Shown in pieces: positions 1-12,717 of a stretch of 39,649 nucleotides of DNA (within the stretch, counting starts at the first letter, position 1; each line of letters starts with the position of its first letter). The notes beneath the pieces were generated by a model that was not told where the DNA came from, made no database searches, and saw only the letters and a list, made by a program, of their open reading frames with translations. Position numbers and translations under genes: made by a program. Source of the stretch: Octopus bimaculoides (Eukaryota); NCBI RefSeq assembly GCF_001194135.2, contig NC_068988.1, forward strand, positions 55,419,201-55,458,849. The letters are read 5' to 3'.

Positions 1-45
1 ATCGGTCGTAAGTCGGACAGGTCGTAAATCGACGACGACCTGTCT
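1..45. mobile_element. Possible end of a pogo/Tigger-like element at the window edge
   Basis: Repeated GTCGTAA(G/A)TCG motifs ending GACGACCTGT, resembling (from memory) Tigger-type termini. Confidence 0.3.
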
Positions 46-52
46 ATTTATA

Positions 53-198
53 GGCGCAGGCGTGACTGTGTGGTAAGAAGCTTGCTTCGTCTTCTGCTAT
101 AGCCGACCAAAGCCTTGTGAGTAGATTTGGTAGACGGAAACTGAAAGAAGCCTGTCGTGTATATATATATATATATATATATGTGTGTGAGTGTGTTT

Positions 199-238
<40 letters not shown>

Positions 239-470
239 GTGTATCTACGTGTGTGTCTTTGTGTCTATGCCCTCCCATCACTGGTTTCAATAGGTGTTGG
301 TGTGTCTACGTTCCCGCAACACAGCGGTTTGGTAAAAAGTCCGATAAAATAAATACTAGGCATAAGAAATAAGCCCTAGAGTAGATTTGTTCGACCAAAT
401 CTCCTTCAAGGCGGTGCTCCAGCATGGCCACAGCCAAATCACTGAAACAGGTAAAAGAATAAAAAATTAA
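53..470 (+). mobile_element. SINE family A (tRNA head, CORE-like CACCTTGGGCAAG segment in the family, internal TA/TG microsatellite); internally deleted copy
   Basis: Aligns to 22600-22980. Confidence 0.8.
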
Positions 471-483
471 GAACACACACACA

Positions 484-650
484 GACGACCGGTTTTTACA
501 CAGTGATCGTCAACCAAATTCATTCACAAGACATTAGTTGGTCATGGACCATTGCATAAAACGCTTGTCCAAGGTGCTGTGAAGTAAGACTGAGTCCAAA
601 CCGTCCCGTTGCAATGTGAGCTTCTTAACCAAACAACCATGGCTGCGCGT
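484..650 (-). mobile_element. SINE family A, diverged 5' half
   Basis: Reverse-complement similarity to the family A head. Confidence 0.6.
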
Positions 651-933
651 ATATAATGGAATATATATTCAAATATTACAATATTTTAACTATCTTTGAT
701 GAAAAATTGATTAAAGTTATCATTATAACCAGGAGGATGTGGAGACATTCATCAATTGCTGCACTGTTTTTCTCTTCAAACATCTCATCGGTGATTATTT
801 ATTGTATCTTTCATATCTGTAGGAAATGTGTTGATTCTTCTTGTTAAGAACATAAAAAAAAACCCTAGCTAATTCATAGAATTTATCTGTTTTTTTAAAA
901 ATCTCTTAAACGCTTCTGTAATTATTTTGTAGT

Positions 934-1309
934 GGAGGCGCAATGGCCCAGTGGTCAGAGCAGCGGACTCGCGGTCATAGGATCGCGGTTTCGATTCCCA
1001 GACCGGGCGTTGTGAGTGTTTATTGAGCGAAAACACCTAAAGCTCCACGAGGCTCCGGCAGGGGATGGTGGCGAACCCTGCTGTACTCATTCACCACAAC
1101 TTTTTCTCACTCTTACTTCCTTTTTCTGTTGTGCCTGTAATTCAAAGGGTCAGCCGTGTCACGCTGAATATCCCCGAGAACTACGTTAAGGGTACACGTG
1201 TCTGTGGAGTGCTCAGCCACTTGCACGTTAATTTCACGAGCAGGCTGTTCCGTTGATCGGATCAACTGGAACCCTCGACGTCGTAAGCGACTGAGTGCCA
1301 ACAACAACA
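934..1309 (+). mobile_element. tRNA-derived SINE family D with (CAA)n tail
   Basis: A/B boxes; 14-bp TSD AATTATTTTGTAGT at 920-933 and 1310-1323; close copy at 32594-32985. Confidence 0.9.
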
Positions 1310-1789
1310 AATTATTTTGTAGTAATTTTCCACTTGGAATAGAATCCTTCCCTTATGTGTACGCAGAAAGTGCTTCATATAATGCGTCATTACATTATAT
1401 AATACATTATATAGTACAGAAGGGCTTATTTCAATCAGTACTGCAAGTGTAATCAAATATACCAGAGAAATCATACGAAAATGTCTAACAATTTCTTTGC
1501 AACATTCTCTATTACTTTTGTTACATTGTATTCGATTACATAGGCAGTCCTGGCCAAAACATTTGACTACAATATAATCTATGTGTGTGGTTCTCAGAGT
1601 CCAAGGTCACATTTCTCGTCTTGTGAGCATTTTTTCACCATTATACTTTTACTGTGTCAGTTATTGAAATAATTTATGAAAGTAAATTGATTGATTAACT
1701 GCAATCAAATGAAAAAAAAAAGATAATATAGAATATTATTCCGTGTTATAAAATAAAAACAAAAATCATATTATCAATTAGTATGAAAT

Positions 1790-2016
1790 ATTGGTTCCAA
1801 ACTTTGGCAAAAGGCCAGTAATTTCGTGTAAGGAGCAAAATCGATTATATCAACCCAGTACACAACTGGTACTTATTTATTTCATCGACCACCAAAAGGA
1901 TGAAAGGCAAAGTCGATCACGGCGGAATTTGAACTCAGAACGTAAAGACGGACGAAATGGAATTAAACATTTTCCCTGGCGTGCACTAAACATTTTCCTT
2001 GCCAGCTCACAGTCTT
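1790..2016 (-). mobile_element. SINE family B (tRNA-like head, GCCTTTCATCCTTT..GTCGATAAA..AAGTACCAG central block)
   Basis: Reverse complement of the 23332-23565 family. Confidence 0.75.
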
Positions 2017-2925
2017 AATAATATGAAATAGTATGTTATAAAATATAATATAAAAAGAAATAAATCTTATTTCAATGTATTATAAAACTTCCAAATGATA
2101 TAATATCGAATATGTTTTTAGGAAGGCCAAAAGCGCTTTATTAAATGCCAACAAAAGAAAAAAACAAACAAAAGAAACACACACACACAAAGATAATAAT
2201 AGATTGCTCCCAACTAAGATCTTCCGTTTGATTTTATGACAACTTTGGTCTGTGAGGAGAAGAACTAAACTTGAAAACCAAGGAACAAATCCAGTTAGTT
2301 TTTCTTGAAGGTAGCTACATTCACAAATATTGAGACGTCTTTGTTTTTTCATCAGTACGTCCAGAACAGCACCGAAGGCACATTCAACCACATAGGTATA
2401 TTTTTGAGAGGGGTAAAAGCACTTACAGAGTCTATATATCACATTTCGATGTGCAGGTTTTTTAAAACCACAACAAATAAATTGTCCTCGACGACAGTTT
2501 TTTTTTTAAATACTAATTTTTGATTGCCATTATTGTTGTACATATTGGCATTTAATTTGGTATATAGCTCGGAGATCCTGGGGTCTCCCCAAGATTCTTA
2601 TTGCTACAACACATCCTTTGTTGTATTTCTTTATTTCGTTTATTCTTTCAACTTTATACATATTTTATATAATTTTATCTGGGGCGGCCTCATAAATATT
2701 CGTCAGTTTAAGCGTGTATCCAAAGCTATGTAGATGAAATCAACCCAATATGGTTTAATGTATGATCTCACACAAAGATCTGTAGCAGAGGACATCAAAT
2801 GATTTAGATTCCGAACAGCTCAACTTTATTTGTAATCCTCCACCGTATTCCATGTCACTTAGGTTTAAGCTGTGACTTCAATCAATCCCTGCAATCCAAC
2901 CGCTTATAGGTTCCCGCAATATACG

Positions 2926-3947
2926 TGTAGTGAAACTAACACCTCGATCGCCATTATATACAAAATCATCTATCGCCATGATATATAAACAAGCGCGGGC
3001 GTAGCGGAGAGCAGCATATTGTATCCCTCACGTGACTAATTATTATTTGAAGCGGCAACTGCTTCGTACCGTTCCCGCCAGAACGCAAACTGACCAATCA
3101 GTGGCCCTTAATAAGGTCACGTGATGGTGTTTTTCAGATGCTCTCTGGAGCCCCTATTTTGCTTTAAATAGACTAAATTATACCCGGCAAATTCGTCTCG
3201 GTTCAGATCTCTTAGAGACCTGTTCCGTGTACCACACAGCAGCAGCAGCCAGCGACAACAACCAACAGCTTCGTACAACTACGACTACCAGCATCGCCGC
3301 CAGCGTCAACACCACTTCAACTACGAACTACAAGATTCGCCACCATCGTCAACATGACTTATACGTACACCAGCTAACTTCTAACTCTGTTTGTGCGATT
3401 CGCCTTCGCCACGATAGACAACAGACAAGAACCTAGCCTGCGACGAACATCTGTATTCCAGAACCCGGCTCGGCATAGAAGCCCTAGCATCACGACGAGT
3501 GATCGCTCTGCCACACACGCCTCAACTTCTTACATACAGACTGTTACTATTGTGTACTCTAAGAACTGGCAAATTCTTATATGTGTTACTGACTCTTTTT
3601 ATATCTGCTGTATATCGCGCATACACTTACATGTATCACTTACACACACTCTTTTCTTTATACGACGGCCTGTCTTTTATTATGTTTTCATTATGTCGCA
3701 TTCACACTCACACACAGACATACATTTTAATGTCACAATAAATATTTCTGTTATTCAATCTCTATCGGTTGTGTTCTATCGTCTTCCTTACTGGTCATTT
3801 ACGAATTCACTATGTTATCGAAGTATAACATATTTATATCATCTTTGATATATCTTGTATTCGACCGTGTGACGCGTTTAAAGAAAGGAGCCCTGTTTTT
3901 CCATTCGTCACCATTTCTCCTTTTGGGTTCGCACGGTCGTTCTTACA
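2926..3947 (+). mobile_element. Solo LTR, 1022 bp (Ty3/Gypsy-like by termini and TSD length)
   Basis: TGTAG...TTACA termini; TACG TSD at 2922-25 and 3948-51; two TCACGTGA, CCAAT, TTTAAATA, TTCAGATCT, AATAAA (3737); two related copies in the window. Confidence 0.85.
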
Positions 3948-4573
3948 TACGTGTAACACGTTAGTAAGGTTTATTTGTGTTTTAGAACATAAGTTATTGT
4001 TACATTCATATAGAGGTGTTCATGCAATACAAGCAAAAGAAATATTCGGATGAAACAACTTACGCGACACAGGAAGTCTTTGTTTGAAATTTTCAACATT
4101 TGGTCACTGTACTGTGGTGAGTCTTCTTCAATTGGCCAAGGTTGAATATGTAGCTGCGAAAACAGTTATGAAGAGAGTGAACGCCAATGGGAAACTGACT
4201 CATTTTGAAGGTGTGAGAGTGGAGAACGTCATGGCAGCTTGGAGGTCTCAACACTCTGCAAAATTTCTGTGTTCAGGGAAAGTCTAGACGAGCCACCAAA
4301 CTATCACGTGAACAACAGCCGTTGATTGGATAACAAATGAGTTTGCGCAGTTGTTATCCATTGTGATTTCAAGGCGGCAAGACGTGGATCGAATCCAACT
4401 GCTACTTATGTTTTGTCCAAATAGTTTCTTTCTAAGCATATTCAAATCCATTTTAGCTGAAAAAAACACCAAAAGTGAAATTTCAACGATCGCTAACTAA
4501 AATTCCACCCAAAATATATCAGAAATAAGCTGTATTTATTGCAGATCTCATATATTAATGTTTCGTTCATTGT

Positions 4574-4605
<32 letters not shown>

Positions 4606-4637
4606 CTAACTTAATTTTAACGTTGTTTATCTTGCAG

Positions 4638-4673
4638 GACAAGTCTCGGCCTCTTGTGCACCCTGTAAAAACA
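4638..4673 (+). CDS. LLTP (apolipophorin/vitellogenin-like) gene, first detected coding exon (36 nt, phase 1-1): (G)QVSASCAPCKN(S)
   Basis: tttatcttgcAG acceptor and GTAAGT donor; terminal A joins GT of the next exon to give Ser and an open frame into WFKPG; looks like a signal-peptide end plus Cys pair. Upstream ATG exon not found. Confidence 0.75.
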
Positions 4674-6207
4674 GTAAGTAATTCGTATTTATTTATATGT
4701 CAATGTTTGGTTTTACTCAACTTGCTCATGAAAATATGCATATAAGTTTTTATGTTTTACACGTGATATCTGGAACAAGTCATTGCTTTTTATAATTACC
4801 TTCATTGTCAAAGTAATTATGTTATTTTAATATCAAGATAACTTTCTGTTTTGTTCGAGTCCATCAAATTGCCATATATGGTAGTAGTTTTGACGATAGG
4901 TTGCAGTTTACGTAAACATGTTATAGCGTATAGACAGACAGTAATTGTCTGAGTAGGACAACCAGAAACTGTCTGTTAACATAAGATCAAGGACAAAATT
5001 ACTTATATTCTTAAAATTGGCTTGTATGATAGTGATGCATAGGTCTTATATTGCAAACAAGAACAACGGTTCAACATTATACCTTTCTGTGATTGTAAGA
5101 AATGCTTGTCGCCATCTGGAACCACATATTGCAATCTCAATTACTCAAAATAACCGCCAATTAAATGTGCGACTACTATTGTTAAGAAATTAGCACTCAA
5201 CTCATTTGGTTGAAGTTACGCTCAGTTGCATATTATTTGAAAGTAGAACAGTTTTACATTGTCAGATGTTGGAAGGATGAAGAGAATTTAAAAATTTCTC
5301 TTAAATTCTCTTCATTCTGTTTCCGAACATCTGATGAGAAAGATGTGATCTACGCCAACGGAATTATAAGTAATATGAACGTAAGTCAAACTGTAATCAA
5401 CATATATATCTTAAAGATCTGAACAGCATTTGTCGTCATATGTAACCATAGACTTTTGCCAAAAAGCATATTTATGGCAGTAGTTGTCAAACAGTACACC
5501 GAGAGGCACTAGTTCTTCGTAAACGGTAATCTGAGTGAGTCGCATAATTTCAAAAAGTATAATTTCAGATTCTTGGGAAATTTAAATTAACACTTGAGTG
5601 TCTTAAAAAAAGAAGCGTTTTGTTAATAATTTTGCTTCACATGCGTTTGATTAATATAACAAGGTAAGTAATGTGGGTAATTCTTTCAGAATTTTGAACT
5701 ATAATTTCGAAGTAATGTGTACTAGTTTTTTATATTTGATTTTAAAATCCACACAGAGTAAAAAGAGTATTGCGAAACATAGCTGGAACATAAATTTGAA
5801 GATGTCTACGAGAGCGACCTTAAAGCTTGGAGTATTAACTCATAAGGGGAGGAGAATGGGAAAAGAAAGTGAGTTCAAAGGAGAGAAAGAAGAGAGAGTA
5901 GAGGGGAACAGAGGAAGGAAGAGAGAGAAGAGAAAGAGAGAATAAGTGGGGGAAAGAGACTTTTGGTGGTTAGCAATCTGGATAGGATTAACTGAAACGT
6001 GGGTGTGTGCGTGCGCACGCGCGTGTGTGTGAATATCCATATGTATCAAATGCATGTAAAAATAGATTACATCGATTTAAGAGTCATGAACACTAATGTA
6101 GCTAGAATGTGTGCCGCTCGGGGCGGCCCTTCTGTTTACCGTCCCCGGACCCCCCCCCCCCCAAAAAAAACACGTACTGCCTACAGCAGACCCAAAAGTG
6201 GCGCCCG

Positions 6208-6890
6208 GGGCGCGAAATTTTTTTCCCACGAGAGTTTCCACGAGAGTTCCAGCATACAGCCAATCAGAGCTCATCTTGAAAATCCACATACTGTGTACTG
6301 CTACAGTACAGCCAGTCAGGTATAGAATGGTGTATGCCACTCTGTGAATACAGCATAGCAAGTCTCACACAAGCACCGCATTCCCTCCCTCCACCATTCT
6401 CATAGATCAATTGAGCACCATTTCTATATGGAGCTAACATTAGGTACCTATGCTCAGACTGAGATTACTGATACTGCATGTACCCATTGATATATGCAAG
6501 GAGGGCGCAATACGACACAACGCCATATTGATTACGATGTTTCCAGATCAACACCAACATTTCAAATTAGGAATGTACAAAATCAGTCAACAAATTAGGA
6601 AACTACATTCATTTGCATTTTCTAGTAAATTACGCAAATTGGCAACACTTATGGCATCATCGGTGAGCAACTCTCCATTCACTTTATACATTAAATTTCA
6701 CTTTTGTCGCCCCTATTAACCCGTTTAGAACAGTTGGCATTTGCTATAACGCACATCTTCCACTGAACTCAACCAGAGCATTTTCCTGACTAGGTGGACA
6801 CTAGTTTGATAGCTCAACTCTGATTGGCTGTATGCAAATGAGTTCATAACTGGGGTCCGGAACTCTCATGGGAAAAAAAATTTCGCGCCC
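6208..6890. mobile_element. Unclassified non-autonomous element with long imperfect inverted ends
   Basis: GGGCGCGAAATTTTTTTCCCAYGAGAGTT, GCATACAGCCAATCAGAG and AGTCAGG blocks are mirrored at both ends; no TSD seen. Confidence 0.55.
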
Positions 6891-8960
6891 GTAATCATGT
6901 GTAACTTCAGCGGAGTTGGGATCTGCAAATTAGTGACCTGTGCAGTTTAGATACCCGTAAAAAATAGAGATAAACCTCTCCAGCATACAGTTATACTGAG
7001 ACGACAGGCTATTAGTCTCCCCACAACATGAGGAAATTTAATTAGCATATTTTAGGAATTTAATTTAATCCTAAAACTGTATCAGCTTTAAAATGTCATT
7101 TGTTTTAGACTTTACATTAGACTTAACTATAAGCAAATATTACACTCACAGAAAGGTCAATGATGACGTAGTTTAAATAAACAACTTAGCAACATTATTA
7201 TCCAGCTTGTCCATATTTAAGAATATGTTCAATAGAGCTGCGACCTATAATAAAGGTGTGTTAATAAGAAGCGGCTAACATGGACCACCTCTTCCACTGG
7301 GAAGCAGTGGTCTATATTTGTATGGTCTCTATACTTTGACCTGTCCAGCATGGAAGTCTCTGCTTGGAGCTTTCGCTAGCTACCACACCGCAACAAGGAC
7401 TGGTCATTGTGGTGGATTTTATATTACGCTTCCATCTATTTTAGATTGCCATATTTTTTTGTGGGTATAGCAACACATCGGTGAAACAAACTGAAGACAA
7501 TTTGGTTCCGTCACTTTTTGCTGCAAAATGTTTTTTTTTTCCCTCTTGTACTTTTTGAGCACGTTTTTGCTACGAATCAAAGCTCTCGTAAAGATGCTAA
7601 GATTGTCTTTACTAACAAGCTGAAATTGATATCTATTTGCATTAAGAACTTGATGTGAATCGAAACAAGCTGCATGACGAAAGATGCGGTATGCTATTAA
7701 TTAACAAACCACTGGACTTAGCGACAACCAACTATGAAGAAACTTGCCACAACATTTGGAGAACCCGGTAATCAGTGAGGTTATTTCGAAGTCGGCAAAC
7801 ATGTAGTGGAGATTCGCTCGCCAATTTTTACTGTGAGACCATCATTTTCTTTTTTGGATTAAATTTACTCAGAGTTCTGTTACTGCTTTTCGGCTGGAAA
7901 CTATAACATCATGAAGTGTCTTCTTGTCACCCAACAAAAGGAGTAGTTTCTCAACATCGATACACTCTTATTAATGATAGTTGAAGTAGAATGATCTGAA
8001 AGCAAAGTGTTACAGTACAAAGCGTTTCATTTGGGTGGTTTTCACGTATTTTGAACTCACTGGCTTAATTACTCGAGCTTTTGCTTGCCTGCTGAATGTC
8101 TACTCTGAACTCTTCAGAACGGTTTCAAATCACAGTAATGCTACCTGTAAAGCTGTACGGATTGTCATGCTGTTAATTCAAGCTGCAGATGATAAAAAAC
8201 TTATAAGCAGAACTCAGTGGACGATTGAGCTACAATTGCTGTGAATAGACAATGCCCCGTAAATCCGAATCTTCAGGAATTCACCCCTCGTTTCATAGAC
8301 AAGCGCCGAAATTTGAGAACTGTCGTTGTGTAGGTTGTGATAGTCATACAATAGACGTGGCAATCTATCAAACTTTATTCTTTTTGTTTACTTTATTTAT
8401 TGGAATTTTCCACTGTCAAATTCGTTTTCTTTCATGTAACTTTGCAATAAAACTAGGAACTGACGCTGAATTTAATTTATTATATATAAAATTAACTCCA
8501 CAATATTACATAAAAACTTTACCCGTCAATTGTCGAATTATATTTATTTATTTAATGTAACTTTGCAATCAAACTGAAAAGTGACTTTGAATTTGATATT
8601 TTACACAAAACAACACGTAATATTTTTTATGTCTGGCCTCATAGTTTTGTAGCATGTCTGTATTAGCATTTGTTCAAAACATGCATTTTGACTTCAAGGT
8701 AGGCTCAAACGACACTCAGTTTACAGCTCTTCTCGGTCTCTGAGTGGCTGGATTAATAAGCTCCCTTGAACAGATGTTCTCTGCTACGTCCTATTGTCAC
8801 TTATATAATGTAGCCTGTCGCCATATTCAGTGGAGTTCCTTTGAGTTCCTGGTCTCGCTCTTCTAAAGGACTCCCAGTGTGCAGTTTTGTTCTATCGCGT
8901 TAACGCTGGCCTCTCTCACACGAGAACATTCTTTTTCCACGTGCACCAGCAGAATAGACG

Positions 8961-11096
8961 TGTAGTGAAACCTCTCTCTCGGGCATTCAATCATAAATGA
9001 TAACGAAGCTGCTGTAAGGACGACCGTGCGAACTCAAAAAGGAGATATGGTGACGAATGGAAGAATCAGAGGACTCCTTTTATTTAAACGTGTCACACGG
9101 TCGAATACAAAATAATATATCAAAGATGATATACATGATATGTTATGCTACGATAACATAGATGACCAGTAATGAAAGACCACAACCGTATTAGATGAAT
9201 AACAGAGATATTTATTGTAGCGTTAAAGATGTATGTCTGTGTGTGAGTGTGAATGCGACATATAATAACATAATCAAAGACAGGCCGTCATACAAAGAAA
9301 AGTATGTATGTGAGTGATACATGTGTGTGTATGTGAGTTATTACAGCAGATAGAAAGAGAGTCAATAACACNNNNNNNNNNNNNNNNNNNNNNNNNNNNN
9401 NNNNNNNNNNNNNNNNNNNNNNNNNNNNNNNNNNNNNNNNNNNNNNNNNNNNNNNNNNNNNNNNNNNNNNNNNNNNNNNNNNNNNNNNNNNNNNNNNNNN
9501 NNNNNNNNNNNNNNNNNNNNNNNNNNNNNNNNNNNNNNNNNNNNNNNNNNNNNNNNNNNNNNNNNNNNNNNNNNNNNNNNNNNNNNNNNNNNNNNNNNNN
9601 NNNNNNNNNNNNNNNNNNNNNNNNNNNNNNNNNNNNNNNNNNNNNNNNNNNNNNNNNNNNNNNNNNNNNNNNNNNNNNNNNNNNNNNNNNNNNNNNNNNN
9701 NNNNNNNNNNNNNNNNNNNNNNNNNNNNNNNNNNNNNNNNNNNNNNNNNNNNNNNNNNNNNNNNNNNNNNNNNNNNNNNNNNNNNNNNNNNNNNNNNNNN
9801 NNNNNNNNNNNNNNNNNNNNNNNNNNNNNNNNNNNNNNNNNNNNNNAACTGGACCGAGACAAATTGTTGGGTATGAGTTGATCTATTTAAGGCGTTAAGG
9901 GGGCTCCAAGACGGTAGCAGAAAAACACTATCACGTGACCTTATTAAGGGCTGTGATTGATCAGTTTGCGTTCTGGCGGGAACGGTTCGAAGAAGTTGCC
10001 GATTCGAATAATGATCAGTCACGTGATGACAAGGTTAATGTTTTCCGCTACGTTCGCGTTTGTTTATATTTAAATGAGAAGAATGGCGATAGCAGTTTTG
10101 TATCTAGTGACGATAGGTAGTTTCACTACACTGCTAACCGCCTTGGACTCTTCTGCCCACCATCCTGATTGGTTCTTATTTGCGCGGCAAGTGTCCCCAT
10201 GTTCTGCTTGCTAAGGCGGCATTACGTCCAATCGTGGCCTAAAGATAAGTCACGTGAGAAAGAGTTTTTCTGGGTTTCCGGTGAGCCCTATTTCGCCTAT
10301 AAATAAGCTCGATCCAACGACGGTAGTCGTCTTCGATTTCAGATCTCTCACAGGTCTGGTCGTTGACCACACATACAGAACACAGCTACAGCTACAGCCA
10401 GTTCCAGCGCCGACGTCTTCACCACCTATGTACTGTCTACCACAACGTCGTGCGCCAGCAACCCCACCACCAAGTACACACCAATATCAACACACTCGGT
10501 TTTATATCGACCCTGTTTGAGTGGATTGTTTCCACCACGAGCAATAGTCAGAATTAACCAGCGAGAATATTCTGTATCAGGTAAACGGTCACATCATTCG
10601 ACGCTCAACACACATACTGTGATACCACAGCTCTGCTACTTGGCCACAACTTCCTGCGTATGAACATTCTATCTCCTTGTGTAACTCTAATACGAACTGG
10701 TATTTCTCTGTCTCAGTGTTTGAGACTTGTAGTCTATGTTACAGACACTCTTTCTATATTCTGTGTTCCTCTCATTCACCCACACACTTGTACACTCACA
10801 TATTGTACACACACTATTGCTTATACGACTGTCCGTCACTTCACAATGTTGTATACCTTCTCTTGTACACGAAGGCCTGACTTATCTACTGTGTTATTTT
10901 TATATGCCGCATGCACGCACACACAGACACAAACAGTTTCACTATGTTAATAAACTTACTCTCATTATATATCTAACGGTTCTGTTTGTCCTAAGTTCTT
11001 TTACTGGCATTATGGCTCGTATCTCTCACGACGAGCCTTCTATCTTATATATCTTATTTTGTGTTCGACCGTGCGACATGGTAAAAAGGAGCCTTT
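8961..11096 (+). mobile_element. Related host LTR (8961-9012 + 10135-11096+), right end lost in gap 11097-11387
   Basis: Starts TGTAGTGAAAC; CCAAT, TCACGTGA, TATAAATA, TTCAGATCT; 3' part similar to 3830-3895. Confidence 0.8.
9013..10130 (-). mobile_element. Solo LTR of the same family, nested in another LTR (contains N gap 9372-9846)
   Basis: Both ends match the reverse complement of 2926-3947; CTGC TSD at 9009-12 and 10131-34. Confidence 0.85.
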
Positions 11097-11387
11097 NNNN
11101 NNNNNNNNNNNNNNNNNNNNNNNNNNNNNNNNNNNNNNNNNNNNNNNNNNNNNNNNNNNNNNNNNNNNNNNNNNNNNNNNNNNNNNNNNNNNNNNNNNNN
11201 NNNNNNNNNNNNNNNNNNNNNNNNNNNNNNNNNNNNNNNNNNNNNNNNNNNNNNNNNNNNNNNNNNNNNNNNNNNNNNNNNNNNNNNNNNNNNNNNNNNN
11301 NNNNNNNNNNNNNNNNNNNNNNNNNNNNNNNNNNNNNNNNNNNNNNNNNNNNNNNNNNNNNNNNNNNNNNNNNNNNNNNNNNNNNNN

Positions 11388-11472
11388 GGCAATTGTCCTG
11401 GGGTTGATTTGCTTGACTAAAGGTGGTGCTCCAGCATGGCCACAGTCAAATAACTGAAACAACTAAAAGAGT
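11388..11472 (+). mobile_element. SINE family A 3' tail (5' part in gap)
   Basis: GGTGCTCCAGCATGGCCACAGTCAAA tail. Confidence 0.75.
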
Positions 11473-11474
11473 AA

Positions 11475-11679
11475 AGATGGTGAGCTGGTAGGATTGTTAG
11501 AACACTGGAGAAAATTACTTTTTGTTCACCTTCACATTCTGGGTTCAAATTCTACCAAGGTCAACTTTACCTTTCATCCTTCTGGGACCAATAAAATAAG
11601 TACCAGTTCAGGAATGGGGTCAATGTAATCGACTTAGCCCCTCCTGCAAAACTGCTGGCCATGTGCCAAAATCTGAAAC

Positions 11680-11731
<52 letters not shown>

Positions 11732-11948
11732 GTAAAAGTAGCAGGCTGGTAGAATTGTTAGAACATTAGACAAAATGCTAAGCAGCATTTCATCTGGATT
11801 CAAATTTTGAGCTCAAATTTCACCAAGGTTGACTTTGTCTTTTGTCCTTTTGGGGTCATTGAAATAGGTACTAGTTGCATACTGGAGCTGATGTAATCAA
11901 CTTACCTCTTACCCCCAAAATCAGGCCTGGTGCATATAATAGAAACAA

Positions 11949-11985
<37 letters not shown>
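11475..11985 (+). mobile_element. Two tandem SINE family B copies, each with an (ATT)n tail
   Basis: 11475-11730 and 11738-11985 align to each other and to the family. Confidence 0.8.
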
Positions 11986-12436
11986 ATGCATGCCATCAAA
12001 GTGACACTGCGGTAAAATATACAAAGCCCAATATACCCATCACGACTATCCACCTGATAAGGAAACATCAGGCACATGCATCACAACCATATGTACAAGA
12101 CATGGTGATCTCATATCAAGATAAACAGCACATGATCTTGGAGGTGGTGCCCAGTTAGAATTTTATTCAGGTCGAGTAGCCCATCCCGCTCAAAAGGTCC
12201 CTGAATAAGGGTTGTTTAAGGATGATGAACAAAACATCCATGTTTCCAAAGATGAATTATTCAAACCCCAAAGAATTCCTCTCAACATATGGCTATGATG
12301 CTCCCCCACTACTTCTGCTTGTGATCAGAGATGCACATATTGTCAACCACTAAGGGACATTCTCAACTGGTTAAGGTCAAGCAATTATTATTTTTATTAT
12401 TATTAATATCATTATTATTATTATCATCATTATTAT

Positions 12437-12680
12437 TAAGGCAGTGAGCTGGCAGAATTGCTAGCACGTTAAACAAAATGCTTAGCAGTGTTTCAATTTC
12501 TGCCGAGGTCGACTTTGGCTTTCATCCTTTTGGAGTTGATAAATCAAGTTCCAGTTACATACTGGGGTCGATGTAATTGATTTGTCCCCTTCCCCGAATT
12601 TCAGGCCTTGTACCTTTATTACAAAGGATTATTGTTGTTGTTGTTATTGTTGTCGTTATTGTTGCTACTGTGGTTGCTGC
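12437..12680 (+). mobile_element. SINE family B with (GTT)n-like tail
   Basis: Family alignment. Confidence 0.8.
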
Positions 12681-12717
12681 TCTTAATGCCAACTTTATTT
12701 TTCTTTTTTAATTCTAG

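Noticed and set aside
2356-2395. Possible upstream exon (AG...G/GTATAT, phase-compatible, YVQNSTEGTFNHI)
   Set aside because: Weak donor, no ATG, not hydrophobic as a signal peptide should be; cannot be supported without RNA data.
2524-2590. Signal-peptide-like LPLLLYILAFNL
   Set aside because: Starts at TTG right after an in-frame stop and has no suitable phase-1 donor.
5326-5348. ACAU-CUGAUGA-GAAA-GAUGU
   Set aside because: No stem II or III; it is just a short hairpin overlapping the 5262-5334 foldback.
11990-12390. Segment that looks like an interspersed repeat I recall from octopus
   Set aside because: Single copy in the window with no diagnostic ends; memory alone is not enough.
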